A stretch of 64,000 nt of DNA from Candidatus Curtissbacteria bacterium (GTDB lineage: Bacteria > Patescibacteriota > Microgenomatia > Curtissbacterales > GWA2-41-24). Below, in pieces: positions 47,676-57,025 of this stretch (within the stretch, counting starts at the first letter, position 1; each line of letters begins with the position of its first letter). Under the pieces are notes generated by a model. The model had not been told where the DNA came from. It ran no database searches and worked only from the letters and a program-made list of their open reading frames with translations. The position numbers and the translations under genes were made by a program. Where the stretch lies: assembly GCA_024654445.1 (NCBI GenBank), contig JANLHP010000017.1, forward strand, positions 33,009-97,008, given 5' to 3'.

Positions 47676-48054
47676 TTTCCCCTCCTTCAATAACTTTTTC
47701 TTTTGGCTCTGACTTTGCTTTTGGCTGACCTTCAAGAACAATCCTTATGTGGCTTGTCCGTTTAAGAATCGGGTGAGCTCTGCCTCTTGAGACTGCTCTG
47801 TATCTTTTAAACACGGGTCCTTTTGTCACTATTATTGACTTGAACGATAATGTGCCTTCATCTAAATTAAAATTATTCTTGGCGTTTGCTATTGCCGATG
47901 CAATTACCTTCTTTACGGGTTTTGCCGCAGATTTGTCAACAAAATCCAGGACTGCAATGCCGTCAGCCGGTTTTACTTTTTTGATTTGATCAGTAACAAT
48001 GCTGACTTTTTGCGGTGATATTCTTATGTTTTTAGCTGTTGCAATTACTTCCAT
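47659..48054 (-). CDS. rplV: 50S ribosomal protein L22 (with C-terminal extension)
   Basis: L22 core; 131 aa. Confidence 0.9.
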   Translation of the reverse strand: MEVIATAKNIRISPQKVSIVTDQIKKVKPADGIAVLDFVDKSAAKPVKKVIASAIANAKNNFNLDEGTLSFKSIIVTKGPVFKRYRAVSRGRAHPILKRTSHIRIVLEGQPKAKSEPKEKVIEGGENGTKS

Positions 48055-48075
48055 TTGTAACCTCCGGTTACTTAC

Positions 48076-48118
48076 TAATTTGAACTAATTTTGCTAATTT
48101 ATACGAATATTTGTTCAT
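48076..48118. promoter_or_regulatory. Conserved leader motif R4 upstream of rplV (TAATTTGAACTAATTTTGCTAATTTATACGAATATTTGTTCAT; SD ACCGGAGGTT)
   Basis: Near-identical 43-nt element at 56953..56996 upstream of rpsG. Confidence 0.6.
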
Positions 48119-48153
48119 ATTCGGTTTAATTTGTTCGTATTCGTTAAAAAATT

Positions 48154-48438
48154 TCATTTTTTTGCTGATGATTTTTCTGTCATTTTGCCGTGTCCTCTAA
48201 AAGTTCTGGTTGGCGCGAATTCACCGAGCCTGTGACCTACCATTGGTTCGGAAACGAAAACATTAATGAATGTTCTGCCGTTATGAACGGAGAACGTATG
48301 ATTTACAAATTCGGGCGCAATCTGGCTAGCCCTAGCCCAAGTTTTAATAGGTGCTTTTTGTGCAGCCTGTTTTTGGGCCATAACTTTCTTCATTAATTTT
48401 TCGTCAACGTATGGACCTTTCTTACTCGATCTACTCAT
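48154..48438 (-). CDS. rpsS: 30S ribosomal protein S19
   Basis: [15 protein letters not shown]; TGA stop. Confidence 0.95.
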   Translation of the reverse strand: MSRSSKKGPYVDEKLMKKVMAQKQAAQKAPIKTWARASQIAPEFVNHTFSVHNGRTFINVFVSEPMVGHRLGEFAPTRTFRGHGKMTEKSSAKK

Positions 48439-48443
48439 TTTGA

Positions 48444-48539
48444 CTTTAAGGGCAAACCTAACGGTTTTCCCTTAATATTCCCTTTCCCTTTATTGGACAA
48501 ATTTGGACTGGCAAACCCAGATCCAAATTTTAATTTTAG
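48444..48539. repeat. R1 repeat, copy 4 (between rplB and rpsS)
   Basis: ctttaagggcaaacctaacggttttcccttaatattccctttccctttattggacaaatttggactggcaaacccagatccaaattttaattttag. Confidence 0.85.
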
Positions 48540-48556
48540 ATTTTTAAAATTAATTG

Positions 48557-49384
48557 TCATTTACGTCGTCTCGATAATATGAATTTGCTTGATGGCTTAT
48601 TCCTGTTTCTTGTTTTCTTACCCATTGCCGGTTTACCCCATGGAGTTTTTGGATTCATTCCTGTGCCGGATTTTGCTTCTCCACCACCGTGTGGATGAGA
48701 ACCGGGATCCATGGCAACACCTCTAACTTTTGGTTTCATGCCCATGTGTCTGGCCCTTCCCGCTTTTCCGATTGAAATCTTTTTCCATTCGACGTTTCCC
48801 ACTTGGCCAACTGTTGCATAACAGGTAGCGTTAACTTTTCTGACTTCTTTTGAGGGAAGTTTTATGTGTACCCAAGTTCCTTCTTTTGCGGCAACTATTG
48901 CTCCCGCCCCTGCACTTCTAACGATCTGGCCGCCTCTGCCGGGAATGAGTTCTACATTGTGGATTACAGTCCCAATAGGCATTCTGCCAAGAGGTAGCGC
49001 GTTACCCGGTTTGATCACTGCAGCTTGGCCGCTGACCACGTTAATATTTACATTCAGACCAACTGGAGCAAGAATATATCTTTTTTCGCCGTCGACATAA
49101 TGCAAAAGGGCGATATTTGCAGATCTGTTAGGATCGTATTCAATGCTAGCTACTTTTGCCATAATTTCCCTTTTGTTTCTTTTAAAATCTACTTGCCTAA
49201 AATTTCTTTTATGGCCGCCACCCTTTCCTCTGACCGACACTTTACCGGTGCCTGCCCTTCCCCCTGTTTTGTTGAGTGCGGAGACAAGAGTTTTTTCGGG
49301 CTTTGTTTTTGTTATTTCTTCAAACGTTAGCCCTGATTTAAATCTTTGTCCTGGTGTTGTTGGTCTGTAAATTTTAATTGCCAT
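48557..49384 (-). CDS. rplB: 50S ribosomal protein L2
   Basis: [14 protein letters not shown]; 275 aa. Confidence 0.97.
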   Translation of the reverse strand: MAIKIYRPTTPGQRFKSGLTFEEITKTKPEKTLVSALNKTGGRAGTGKVSVRGKGGGHKRNFRQVDFKRNKREIMAKVASIEYDPNRSANIALLHYVDGEKRYILAPVGLNVNINVVSGQAAVIKPGNALPLGRMPIGTVIHNVELIPGRGGQIVRSAGAGAIVAAKEGTWVHIKLPSKEVRKVNATCYATVGQVGNVEWKKISIGKAGRARHMGMKPKVRGVAMDPGSHPHGGGEAKSGTGMNPKTPWGKPAMGKKTRNRNKPSSKFILSRRRK

Positions 49385-49750
49385 TTATTTTTCCTTCCCT
49401 TCTATATTTGCTATTTCGACGTCTTTTTCTTTGCCGGATGTTTTTGTTTTTTTGGAAGCGGTTTTTGGTGAAAGTATTGCAATCTTTTGGCCCGCTTTTA
49501 AAGTTACTATTGCTTTTTTGCCCCCTCCGCTTTTTGTGAATTTTTTAGTTTTGTTGACCCTTTTTGTTTTTGGTTTAACAGAGGCAATGTTTACGTTGAC
49601 AACGTCTACTGAAAATAAGTTTTGGACATATTTTGCAATTTCTTCTTTTGTAGAGTGCTTTTCTACCATAAAAGTGTAGATACCTTTTTCCATGAGGCCA
49701 TACGCTTTTTCAGAAAGTATTGCTTTTTGCACTATGTTTTTATTTGTCAT
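49385..49750 (-). CDS. rplW: 50S ribosomal protein L23 with Lys-rich C-terminal tail
   Basis: L23 core; 121 aa. Confidence 0.9.
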   Translation of the reverse strand: MTNKNIVQKAILSEKAYGLMEKGIYTFMVEKHSTKEEIAKYVQNLFSVDVVNVNIASVKPKTKRVNKTKKFTKSGGGKKAIVTLKAGQKIAILSPKTASKKTKTSGKEKDVEIANIEGKEK

Positions 49751-50444
49751 TAAATTTTTCTACCGCCTCCTTCGAGAGTAAAAGGTTTCTTACTTGTAAT
49801 ACTCGATACGCGTTAAGTCCCTGAGGAGTGTCGATAAGAATTCCTTTGATATTTCTGGATGCGAGTTTTATATTTTGGCTTTTTTGTGAAACTACAAGTA
49901 TCGTTTTTCCAGAAATTTCCAGCCTTTTCAAAAGATTTGCAACGATTTTTGTTTTTGGTTCAACTTTTTCTAAATTAGTAATTACTTTTATTTGTCCTGC
50001 TTCAGTTTTAGTGGAGAGAGCGGAGATTAATGCTTTGTGCTTCATTTTTTTAGGCAGGGATAACTTCACAATTTTTGTTTGTGGCCCAAATGTTATTCCT
50101 CCACCAACCCAAAGCGGAGACCTTCGAGACCCCGCTCGTGCCCTTCCTGTTCCCTTTTGTCTCCATGGCTTCGCTCCTCCACCTCTTACTTCACCACGGG
50201 TTTTGGTATTTGCAGTATTGCTTGCTTCATTGAACCTATAGATTCTGAGGGCTTGCGTTAAAAGCTTCTCGTTCGGCTCTTGACCAAATATTTCTTTTGG
50301 CAGTGCCACCACTCCGGCTGCCTTTCCTTGCATGTCGAAAGCTTTTGCACTTGGTCTTTTAACAGCCGCAGTTTTTGCGACAGGTTTTTTAGCAACTGCC
50401 ACTTTTGGTTTTAGTTCAGTTTGAGCTTTAACACTTTCACTCAT
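49740..50444 (-). CDS. rplD: 50S ribosomal protein L4 with ~35-aa N-terminal Ala/Lys/Pro-rich extension
   Basis: L4 core; 234 aa. Confidence 0.9.
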   Translation of the reverse strand: MSESVKAQTELKPKVAVAKKPVAKTAAVKRPSAKAFDMQGKAAGVVALPKEIFGQEPNEKLLTQALRIYRFNEASNTANTKTRGEVRGGGAKPWRQKGTGRARAGSRRSPLWVGGGITFGPQTKIVKLSLPKKMKHKALISALSTKTEAGQIKVITNLEKVEPKTKIVANLLKRLEISGKTILVVSQKSQNIKLASRNIKGILIDTPQGLNAYRVLQVRNLLLSKEAVEKFNDK

Positions 50445-51259
50445 TTATCTTTCCCTCCGCTTTGATCAGGTCGTTCGACTCTGAGGGATGAGCCCTCGGG
50501 CTCAGATTCGATGAGACCTTCGTCTTTTTGCTCAGTTTTTTGGGGTTTTTCTTCCCCCTTTGGTTTATCGCCATCTTCGGACTTGCCTTCAGTCTTCTTT
50601 TCTCCTTCTCCTTCTCCTTCATCTTCATCCGGTTTTTCTTCCGGAGGCGCAATATATCTTTTAACTTTTCCTGTTTTTTCGATTATTAAATAGCCGTTTT
50701 TGGCGCCTGGCACTGCTCCTTTTACTAGTAGCAAGTTGTTGGCAATATCAACTTCTATTACTTCCAGCCCTATCGTTGTTGATTGTGCGCTCCCATAATG
50801 CCCCGCCATTTTTTTGCCTTTTAAAACCCGCCCCGGCGTTGTTCCCTGCCCGATAGATCCTGGAGCACGATGTCTGTCTGATTGTCCATGGGTTTTAGGA
50901 CCTCCGTGGAATCCCCATCTTTTAATTCCCCCTGCAAAACCTTTTCCTTTTGATATTCCAGTTACTTTAACGGCATCTCCTTTTGCAAAAAGGGAGACAG
51001 TTATCTTATCTCCAATTTTTATTTCGCCTTCACTTTTAACTTCTTTTCTAAACTTTGGTGCGTAGCCAAGATCTGTTATAAATTTATTGTCAGTTTTTTT
51101 GACTTGTTTCTTTGTGCCAAAGCCTAAAAGGACTTTCTTATCCCTTAACTGAGCAATAACGTTCGGTTCAACGCGCAAAACAGTAACGGGGATTCTTTGA
51201 CCCCTCGTGTCATAGCCTGATTTCATTTCTCCTTTTATTCCAATAATTGTGTTTAACAT
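50441..51259 (-). CDS. rplC: 50S ribosomal protein L3 with ~65-aa acidic/Lys-rich C-terminal tail
   Basis: L3 core then PPEEKPDEDEGEGEGEKKTEGKSEDGDKPKGEEKPQK... Confidence 0.9.
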   Translation of the reverse strand: MLNTIIGIKGEMKSGYDTRGQRIPVTVLRVEPNVIAQLRDKKVLLGFGTKKQVKKTDNKFITDLGYAPKFRKEVKSEGEIKIGDKITVSLFAKGDAVKVTGISKGKGFAGGIKRWGFHGGPKTHGQSDRHRAPGSIGQGTTPGRVLKGKKMAGHYGSAQSTTIGLEVIEVDIANNLLLVKGAVPGAKNGYLIIEKTGKVKRYIAPPEEKPDEDEGEGEGEKKTEGKSEDGDKPKGEEKPQKTEQKDEGLIESEPEGSSLRVERPDQSGGKDK

Positions 51260-51532
51260 TTAAGTTTCCCAAAAAGTACTAAAAAAGCAGGACTCCTTGA
51301 AATTAATCACATTCCTGTGAGTTTCAGGTGCCCCACCAATTAACGTCTCTCGTTAATCGATTATTATTTAATTGTTTTTTCGCCTCTCGATGTACTCATT
51401 ACATCTTTAGCTCAATATCAACTCCAGCCGGGAGTTCCAAATGAGTCAAGGAATCAACTGTTTTTAGAGAGTGAAACACTATCAAACAACGACTTTGATA
51501 GTAGTGAAACTCTCGCAAGACAGTTGACGAAC

Positions 51533-51841
51533 TTACATCTTAAGTTCTATATCCACACCTGCTGGCAATTCAAGATGAGTAAGTGAGTCAATTGTCTTAT
51601 TCGTTGGTTCGATGATGTCAATAAAGCGTTTATGGATTCTCATTTCGAATTGCTCTCTCGCGTCTTTGTCTGTATGAGGCGAAGTGAGTACGGTGAATTT
51701 TCCGATTTTGGTCGGGAGTGGAACTGGCCCGGAAATTTTGGCTCCGGTTGAGAGCCCAGTATTTATAATATCCCGACAAGCAATATCGATTACCCTGCCG
51801 TCGTACGCTTTAAGTTTTATTCTAATTCTACCTTTAGGCAT
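51533..51841 (-). CDS. rpsJ: 30S ribosomal protein S10
   Basis: [14 protein letters not shown]. Confidence 0.95.
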   Translation of the reverse strand: MPKGRIRIKLKAYDGRVIDIACRDIINTGLSTGAKISGPVPLPTKIGKFTVLTSPHTDKDAREQFEMRIHKRFIDIIEPTNKTIDSLTHLELPAGVDIELKM

Positions 51842-51896
51842 CTTTTAATGTGCTCCTTTTTTCCCTTCGACTACGCTCAGGGAATATTTACTTTTT

Positions 51897-51953
51897 GTCA
51901 TCCTGAACTCGATTCAGGATCCAGATTCTATCGCTTCGCTCCAGAATGACAGT
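51897..51953. repeat. R2 palindromic repeat, copy D (tuf-rpsJ spacer)
   Basis: gtcatcctgaactcgattcaggatccagattctatcgcttcgctccagaatgacag. Confidence 0.8.
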
Positions 51954-52191
51954 TATTGGTCGAGAAATTCTGTAGTGCAAAAAGAGCCGAGAGTTAATTA
52001 ACTTAAGCGGTTAGGCTTGAAGATTAAACTGGTTGAATTCATGTAATGTGTTCTTTCTTCGACTCGACTCGAACAAAATCACTCGAACAATTGTAACAGT
52101 GCAAATTGTACAAAAAAAGACCTCTTTGTGCAACTTATCTGCAAGCTTCTGTTAGGCTTGTAGTAAGTGGCTGTTTGAGATCTTGTCTTAT

Positions 52192-53373
52192 TTAGGCAAC
52201 TATCTTGCTTACAACGCCGGCACCAACAGTGTGGCCGCCTTCACGAATTGCGAATCTAAGGCCCTCGTCCATAGCAACTGGAGCAATTAACTTGACCTTC
52301 ATTTTGACGTTGTCGCCAGGCATAACCATTTCGGTTCCTTCAGGAAGTGTGGCTTCACCTGTGACGTCTGTGGTTCTAATGTAGAATTGTGGCCTGTAAC
52401 CAGTGAAAAATGGTGTGTGCCTTCCGCCTTCTTCTTTAGTTAAGATGTAGACTTCTGCTTCGAATTCGGTGTGAGGTGTAGCGGTACCCGGTTTTGCCAA
52501 AACTTGTCCTCTTTCAACATCGTCTTTTTCAACGCCTCGAAGAAGAACGCCGACGTTGTCACCGGCTTGACCTTCATCGAGTTGTTTTCGGAACATTTCG
52601 ACACCTGTAACGACAGTTTTCTTGGTTGGTCTGATTCCAACAATTTCGATTTCGTCGTTAACTTTTACGATTCCCCGCTCTACTCTTCCTGTAACAACTG
52701 TTCCTCGGCCTTTAATAGAAAAGACGTCTTCTACAGGCATAATAAATGGTTTGTCGAGGTCTCTTACTGGTGTTGGAATCTTTTCGTCGACTGCTGCCAT
52801 CAGATCTTCGATCGCTTTTTCCGATTCTGCATCGCCTTCGAGGGCCTTTTTTGCGGATCCGCGGATGATTGTTGCGTTTTTACCGTCGAATTCGTATTTG
52901 TCCAAAAGCTCCCTGACTTCTAGTTCGACCAAGTCGAGCAGTTCAGGGTCGTCTACCATGTCGACTTTGTTGAGGAAAACGACGATCGCTGGAACATTGA
53001 CCTGTTTGGCAAGAAGTACATGCTCTCGTGTTTGAGGCATAGGGCCGTCTGGTGCGCTAACAACTAGAATCGCACCATCCATTTGTGCTGCACCTGTAAT
53101 CATGTTTTTGATGTAATCAGCGTGACCCGGGGCGTCGATGTGGGCGTAGTGCCTTTTTTCTGTTTCGTATTCTACGTGGGTAATATTAATAGTAATTCCA
53201 CGTTGTCGCTCTTCTGGAGCGCTGTCGATCTGCTCAAAGCTTCGGGCTTCGGCGTGACCTTTTTTGGCAAGAACAGTGGTAATCGCACTTGTAAGCGTGG
53301 TTTTACCGTGGTCGACGTGACCAATTGTTCCAATATTTACGTGCGGTTTAGTTCTTTCAAATTTTTCAGCCAT
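52192..53373 (-). CDS. tuf: Elongation factor Tu
   Basis: [19 protein letters not shown]; 393 aa. Confidence 0.99.
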   Translation of the reverse strand: MAEKFERTKPHVNIGTIGHVDHGKTTLTSAITTVLAKKGHAEARSFEQIDSAPEERQRGITINITHVEYETEKRHYAHIDAPGHADYIKNMITGAAQMDGAILVVSAPDGPMPQTREHVLLAKQVNVPAIVVFLNKVDMVDDPELLDLVELEVRELLDKYEFDGKNATIIRGSAKKALEGDAESEKAIEDLMAAVDEKIPTPVRDLDKPFIMPVEDVFSIKGRGTVVTGRVERGIVKVNDEIEIVGIRPTKKTVVTGVEMFRKQLDEGQAGDNVGVLLRGVEKDDVERGQVLAKPGTATPHTEFEAEVYILTKEEGGRHTPFFTGYRPQFYIRTTDVTGEATLPEGTEMVMPGDNVKMKVKLIAPVAMDEGLRFAIREGGHTVGAGVVSKIVA

Positions 53374-53478
53374 GTTTCTTTTTAAAACAACAGATCAGCC
53401 AAAAGAGGCTGATTCGTTTGCTAAGTTTAATATAAAAACTTTCCCAAATGCAAGTAGTTAAAACGTTTTATGTCGGTT

Positions 53479-55626
53479 TTAACTTTCTTTGCTTTCGCCT
53501 CTATTTTTAGCAACTATTTTATCTGCTATATTACTTGGTACTTCTTCGTAGTGGGATGGTTCCATATAAGCGGACCCTCGACCTTGAGTCATTGAGCGGA
53601 GAGTTGTGACGTAGCCGGACATTTCTGCAAGAGGAACGATGGCGTTGATGATGACGCTGTTGCCATGGTGGTCAGAACCGTGAATTTGAGCCCGTTTTGC
53701 GGAAAGATCACCAATGACATCGCCCATAAATTCTTCGGGGATTGTTACTTCAACTTTCATAATTGGCTCGATTAGCACGAGTTCGGCGTTTTTTGCGGCC
53801 GCTTCTAAGGCCATGCTGCCCGCGATTTTAAAGGCGATGTCACTTGAATCAACGTCGTGGAAACTACCGTCGTAGACTGCTGCTTTTACGTCAACAAGCG
53901 GATAGCCTGCAAGAACTCCCATGTCGAGTTTTTCCTTTACACCTTTTTCGACTGAGCCGATAAATTCCTGAGGAATCGCACCACCTTTAATTTCGGAAAC
54001 AAATTGAGAACCTTCACCTCTTGGTTGCGGCTCGACCCTGATGAAACAATGTCCGTATTGACCGCGGCCGCCGGATTGTTTGATGTATTTGCCTTCGCCC
54101 TTACCGGTTTGCTTGATCGTTTCGCGGTAAGCAACTTGTGGGCTACCGATATTTGCAGAAACTTGGAATTCCCTTTTCATCCTGTCTACCAAAATTTCTA
54201 GGTGGAGTTCACCCATACCTGAAATAATAGTTTGGCCTGTTTCCGGATCTCCTTTTATACGGAATGTTGGATCTTCTTCGGAAAGTCTGCCCAGAGCATA
54301 ACCGAGTTTTTCCTGGTCGGCTTTAGTTGTCGGTTCGATAGCAAGAGAAATAACAGGTTCTGGGAAAGAAATATTTTCGAGAACAATAGGGGCTGCGGGG
54401 TCGCAAAGAGTGTCACCAGTTACAGTATTTTTGAGCCCGACGACGGCGACGATTTCACCGGCGTATGATTCCGGGATTTCTTCCCTTGTGTTTGCGTGCA
54501 TCAAAAGAATTCTTCCGATTCGCTCTGTATTCTTTTTAGTGGAGTTCATAACGGAAGCACCGGCCTTCATAACTCCAGAATAAACCCGAACGTAAGTAAT
54601 TTTACCGACATGGGGGTCGATTTGGATTTTGAAAGCAATTCCACAAAATGGAGAATCTTTATCTTGTTTTCTTTTTTCCGCCTCTCCCGTTTTTGGATTG
54701 ATACCTTCGATTTCCGGAATATCCATAGGGGACGGCAAGTATTCAACAACTGCGTCAAGAAGTGGCTGGACGCCTTTGTTTCTAAGGCTAGATCCTGCCA
54801 GAACAGGGACAATTTTGTAATCGATTACTGCTTTTCTTAAAACCTTTTTGAGTTCTTCGACAGATAATTCCTCGCCTGCGAGATATTTCTCGAGTAGTGT
54901 GTCGTCACCTTCGGCAATTTTTTCAATAAGTTCGTGTCTGTATTTTTCGACGTTTTCTTTTTCGCTATCTGGAATCGGTACTTCTGTAAATTTCATTCCG
55001 GATTTATCGCCTTCATCCCAGGTGTATGCTTTTTGAGTTAAAAGATCGATTATGCCTTTAAAATCATTTTCTTTCCCAAGCGGAAGATTATAAGGATAAG
55101 CAGGGGCTCCAAGTTTATCACGAATGGACTTTAAGGTAGCGTAGTAGTCTGCGCCAAGTTTATCCATTTTGTTAACAAAACATACTCTTGGAACTTTGTA
55201 TTTGTCAGCTTGTCTCCAAACCGTTTCAGATTGCGACTGAACTCCTTCTTCGGCATCCAAGACTGTAACGCCACCGTCCAAAACGCGAAGCGATCTTTCG
55301 ACTTCTGCGGTGAAGTCAACGTGTCCTGGCGTGTCGATAATATTGATTCTAGTTTCTACGTCTTTATAAGGACCGGACTTTGGAGTCCAAAAAGTAGTGA
55401 CAGCTGCAGAAACTATGGTAATTCCTCTTTCTCTTTCCTGCTCCATCCAATCTGTTACCGTTGTTCCTTCATCGATGTTGCCGAGTTTGTAAGATCTACC
55501 TGTGTAATAGAGAATTCGCTCTGTAGTCGTCGTTTTGCCCGCGTCGATGTGGGCAATAATGCCAATGTTCCTTATTCTATCCAGCGGATACAACCTATTT
55601 GTTTTTTCCTGTTGAGCTTGGGCCAT
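53479..55626 (-). CDS. fusA: Elongation factor G
   Basis: AHIDAGKTT, DTPGHVDF, NKMD; 715 aa. Confidence 0.99.
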   Translation of the reverse strand: MAQAQQEKTNRLYPLDRIRNIGIIAHIDAGKTTTTERILYYTGRSYKLGNIDEGTTVTDWMEQERERGITIVSAAVTTFWTPKSGPYKDVETRINIIDTPGHVDFTAEVERSLRVLDGGVTVLDAEEGVQSQSETVWRQADKYKVPRVCFVNKMDKLGADYYATLKSIRDKLGAPAYPYNLPLGKENDFKGIIDLLTQKAYTWDEGDKSGMKFTEVPIPDSEKENVEKYRHELIEKIAEGDDTLLEKYLAGEELSVEELKKVLRKAVIDYKIVPVLAGSSLRNKGVQPLLDAVVEYLPSPMDIPEIEGINPKTGEAEKRKQDKDSPFCGIAFKIQIDPHVGKITYVRVYSGVMKAGASVMNSTKKNTERIGRILLMHANTREEIPESYAGEIVAVVGLKNTVTGDTLCDPAAPIVLENISFPEPVISLAIEPTTKADQEKLGYALGRLSEEDPTFRIKGDPETGQTIISGMGELHLEILVDRMKREFQVSANIGSPQVAYRETIKQTGKGEGKYIKQSGGRGQYGHCFIRVEPQPRGEGSQFVSEIKGGAIPQEFIGSVEKGVKEKLDMGVLAGYPLVDVKAAVYDGSFHDVDSSDIAFKIAGSMALEAAAKNAELVLIEPIMKVEVTIPEEFMGDVIGDLSAKRAQIHGSDHHGNSVIINAIVPLAEMSGYVTTLRSMTQGRGSAYMEPSHYEEVPSNIADKIVAKNRGESKES

Positions 55627-55717
55627 ATTTTTATTGTGTCAATGTGTCAAAGTATCATGTATCACTGTTTATGCTTTGACACTTTAAGTCTTAGACGCTT
55701 TGATTCATTTTAATCTC

Positions 55718-55993
55718 TTACTTGGAAAGCTTTTCTTTGGTGGAGTTAGCTTGACCGATTCCAATTGGAGGACGTTCTATCTTTCTTATTTCTGCTTTAA
55801 TTTCGGCAACCATGGCCCGAAGCACAGAAACTTCTTCGTCCGCGAGTTCCCAGGCGGCGTTTTCGTTCCAAGCAGCACCAGAATCTTGATAAGCTTCTCC
55901 ATAACGAGTCAGAGCATCTTTGAGTTTGACCTCCTCGAGCTCTTTTAGCTTTGTCCTAAGTTGTTTTAACTTCTGTCCTTTTGATAATGCCAT
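55718..55993 (-). CDS. Hypothetical small coiled-coil protein inserted between rpsG and fusA (start taken at MALSKGQKLK; track ORF extends into R1 repeat)
   Basis: 91 aa, Lys/Glu heptad-like N-half, acidic Trp-containing middle (AAWNENAAWELADEE); no recognisable family. Confidence 0.45.
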   Translation of the reverse strand: MALSKGQKLKQLRTKLKELEEVKLKDALTRYGEAYQDSGAAWNENAAWELADEEVSVLRAMVAEIKAEIRKIERPPIGIGQANSTKEKLSK

Positions 55994-56001
55994 GTTTCTG
56001 A

Positions 56002-56134
56002 TTTTAAGGGACAACCTAATAAGCAAAGCTTGCGGTCCTCGTCCTTCGGACTGCGGGCCTAACGGTTTTCCCTTAATATTCCCTTTCCCTTAATGGAGAA
56101 ATTTAAACTAGCAAAGCTAGATTTAAATTTCGAT
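56002..56134. repeat. R1 repeat, copy 5 (with extra internal UUCG-tetraloop hairpin gtccttcggac)
   Basis: ttttaagggacaacctaataagcaaagcttgcggtcctcgtccttcggactgcgggcctaacggttttcccttaatattccctttcccttaatggagaaatttaaactagcaaagctagatttaaattt. Confidence 0.85.
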
Positions 56135-56145
56135 TGTATTGCACT

Positions 56146-56199
56146 GTCATTCTGAATGAAATGAAGAATCTAGATCCTTCGCTGCGCTCAGGATGACAT
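56146..56199. repeat. R2 palindromic repeat, copy E
   Basis: gtcattctgaatgaaatgaagaatctagatccttcgctgcgctcaggatgacat. Confidence 0.75.
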
Positions 56200-56319
56200 T
56201 TATACGCAAATTTCATTTAAGCAGAAAATGCTTCCCTTATACAAGGGTCATTTCGGCTTGTTCCGCGACATCCGTTTTGAGCAAAATCCAAGAGGATAAC
56301 GGAGGATTCTTAAGCGGGA

Positions 56320-56349
56320 ATTATATGCTAGACATTTGGTAAAAGTCAA
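56320..56349 (-). promoter_or_regulatory. Near-consensus sigma70 promoter (minus strand): -35 TTGACT, 18-nt spacer, -10 TATAAT; drives small ORF-fusA-tuf with R2+R1 copies in the 5' UTR
   Basis: revcomp of 56318-56350 = aTTGACTtttaccaaatgtctagcaTATAATtc. Confidence 0.6.
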
Positions 56350-56437
56350 TTTGTTAATTTACCATCTGAAATGGGAAAAAGCTTTTAGATAGTTACTACG
56401 GACCGAAAGGTCCGGAACTATCGCAAGGCGGAACACA

Positions 56438-56932
56438 TTACCACCGGAAATGTGAGAACGCCTTATTCGCCTCTGCCATGCGATGCATTTCTTCCCTTTT
56501 GGCGACAGCTTTACCTGCACCTTGAGCTGCTTCTTGAAGTTCGGCCACGATTTTCGCGGCAATCGGTGGTAATTTGCCTATTTTTTCGACGTCTTTTGGA
56601 GACCTGCTTCTAGCTGCATCTACCAACCAAGTTAAGGCAAGAGATTGCCTTCTTGGTCCACGTACTTCAATAGGCACCATGTAAGAGGCACCGCCAACTC
56701 TTCTTGGTTTAACTTCCATTTTAGGGGTGATATTTTCGAGGGCTCTTTCGAATAAAACGATTGGGTCTTCGCCTTTTCTCTCTATTTCTGCAAAAGCTCC
56801 GTAAACCGCTTTTTCGGCGATGGTTTTTTTACCGTCTTTCATTACCTTGTTGATGAATTTGGTCACAAGAGGGCTATTGTAGATTGGGTCTGCGCCCACT
56901 TGCCTTTTTATGATTTTTCCGGTTCTAGGCAT
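56438..56932 (-). CDS. rpsG: 30S ribosomal protein S7
   Basis: MPRTGKIIKRQ...ANKAFSHFRW; TAA stop then hairpin CCGGACCUUUCGGUCCG. Confidence 0.97.
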   Translation of the reverse strand: MPRTGKIIKRQVGADPIYNSPLVTKFINKVMKDGKKTIAEKAVYGAFAEIERKGEDPIVLFERALENITPKMEVKPRRVGGASYMVPIEVRGPRRQSLALTWLVDAARSRSPKDVEKIGKLPPIAAKIVAELQEAAQGAGKAVAKREEMHRMAEANKAFSHFRW

Positions 56933-56952
56933 AGAAACCTCCGGTTTCTTGC

Positions 56953-56996
56953 AAATTTGAACTAATTTTGACTAATTTAATCGAATATTCGTTCAT
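56953..56996. promoter_or_regulatory. R4 leader motif upstream of rpsG
   Basis: aatttgaactaattttgactaatttaatcgaatattcgttcat; SD ccggaggtt. Confidence 0.6.
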
Positions 56997-57025
56997 GGTA
57001 GGTTCATTCGTTTGCATTTGTAGCG

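Noticed and set aside
50437-50652. 71-aa ORF MRLRKKNRMKMKEKEKEKRR...
   Set aside because: Alternative frame of the Lys/Glu-rich rplC 3' tail region, which it overlaps entirely.
56359-56562. 67-aa minus-strand ORF whose listed translation ends with the same KAFSHFRW as rpsG
   Set aside because: Lies in the rpsG 3' end/spacer and overlaps the mapped promoter. The identical C-terminal string is an artefact of the ORF listing. The real S7 stop (TAA) is at 56438-56440.
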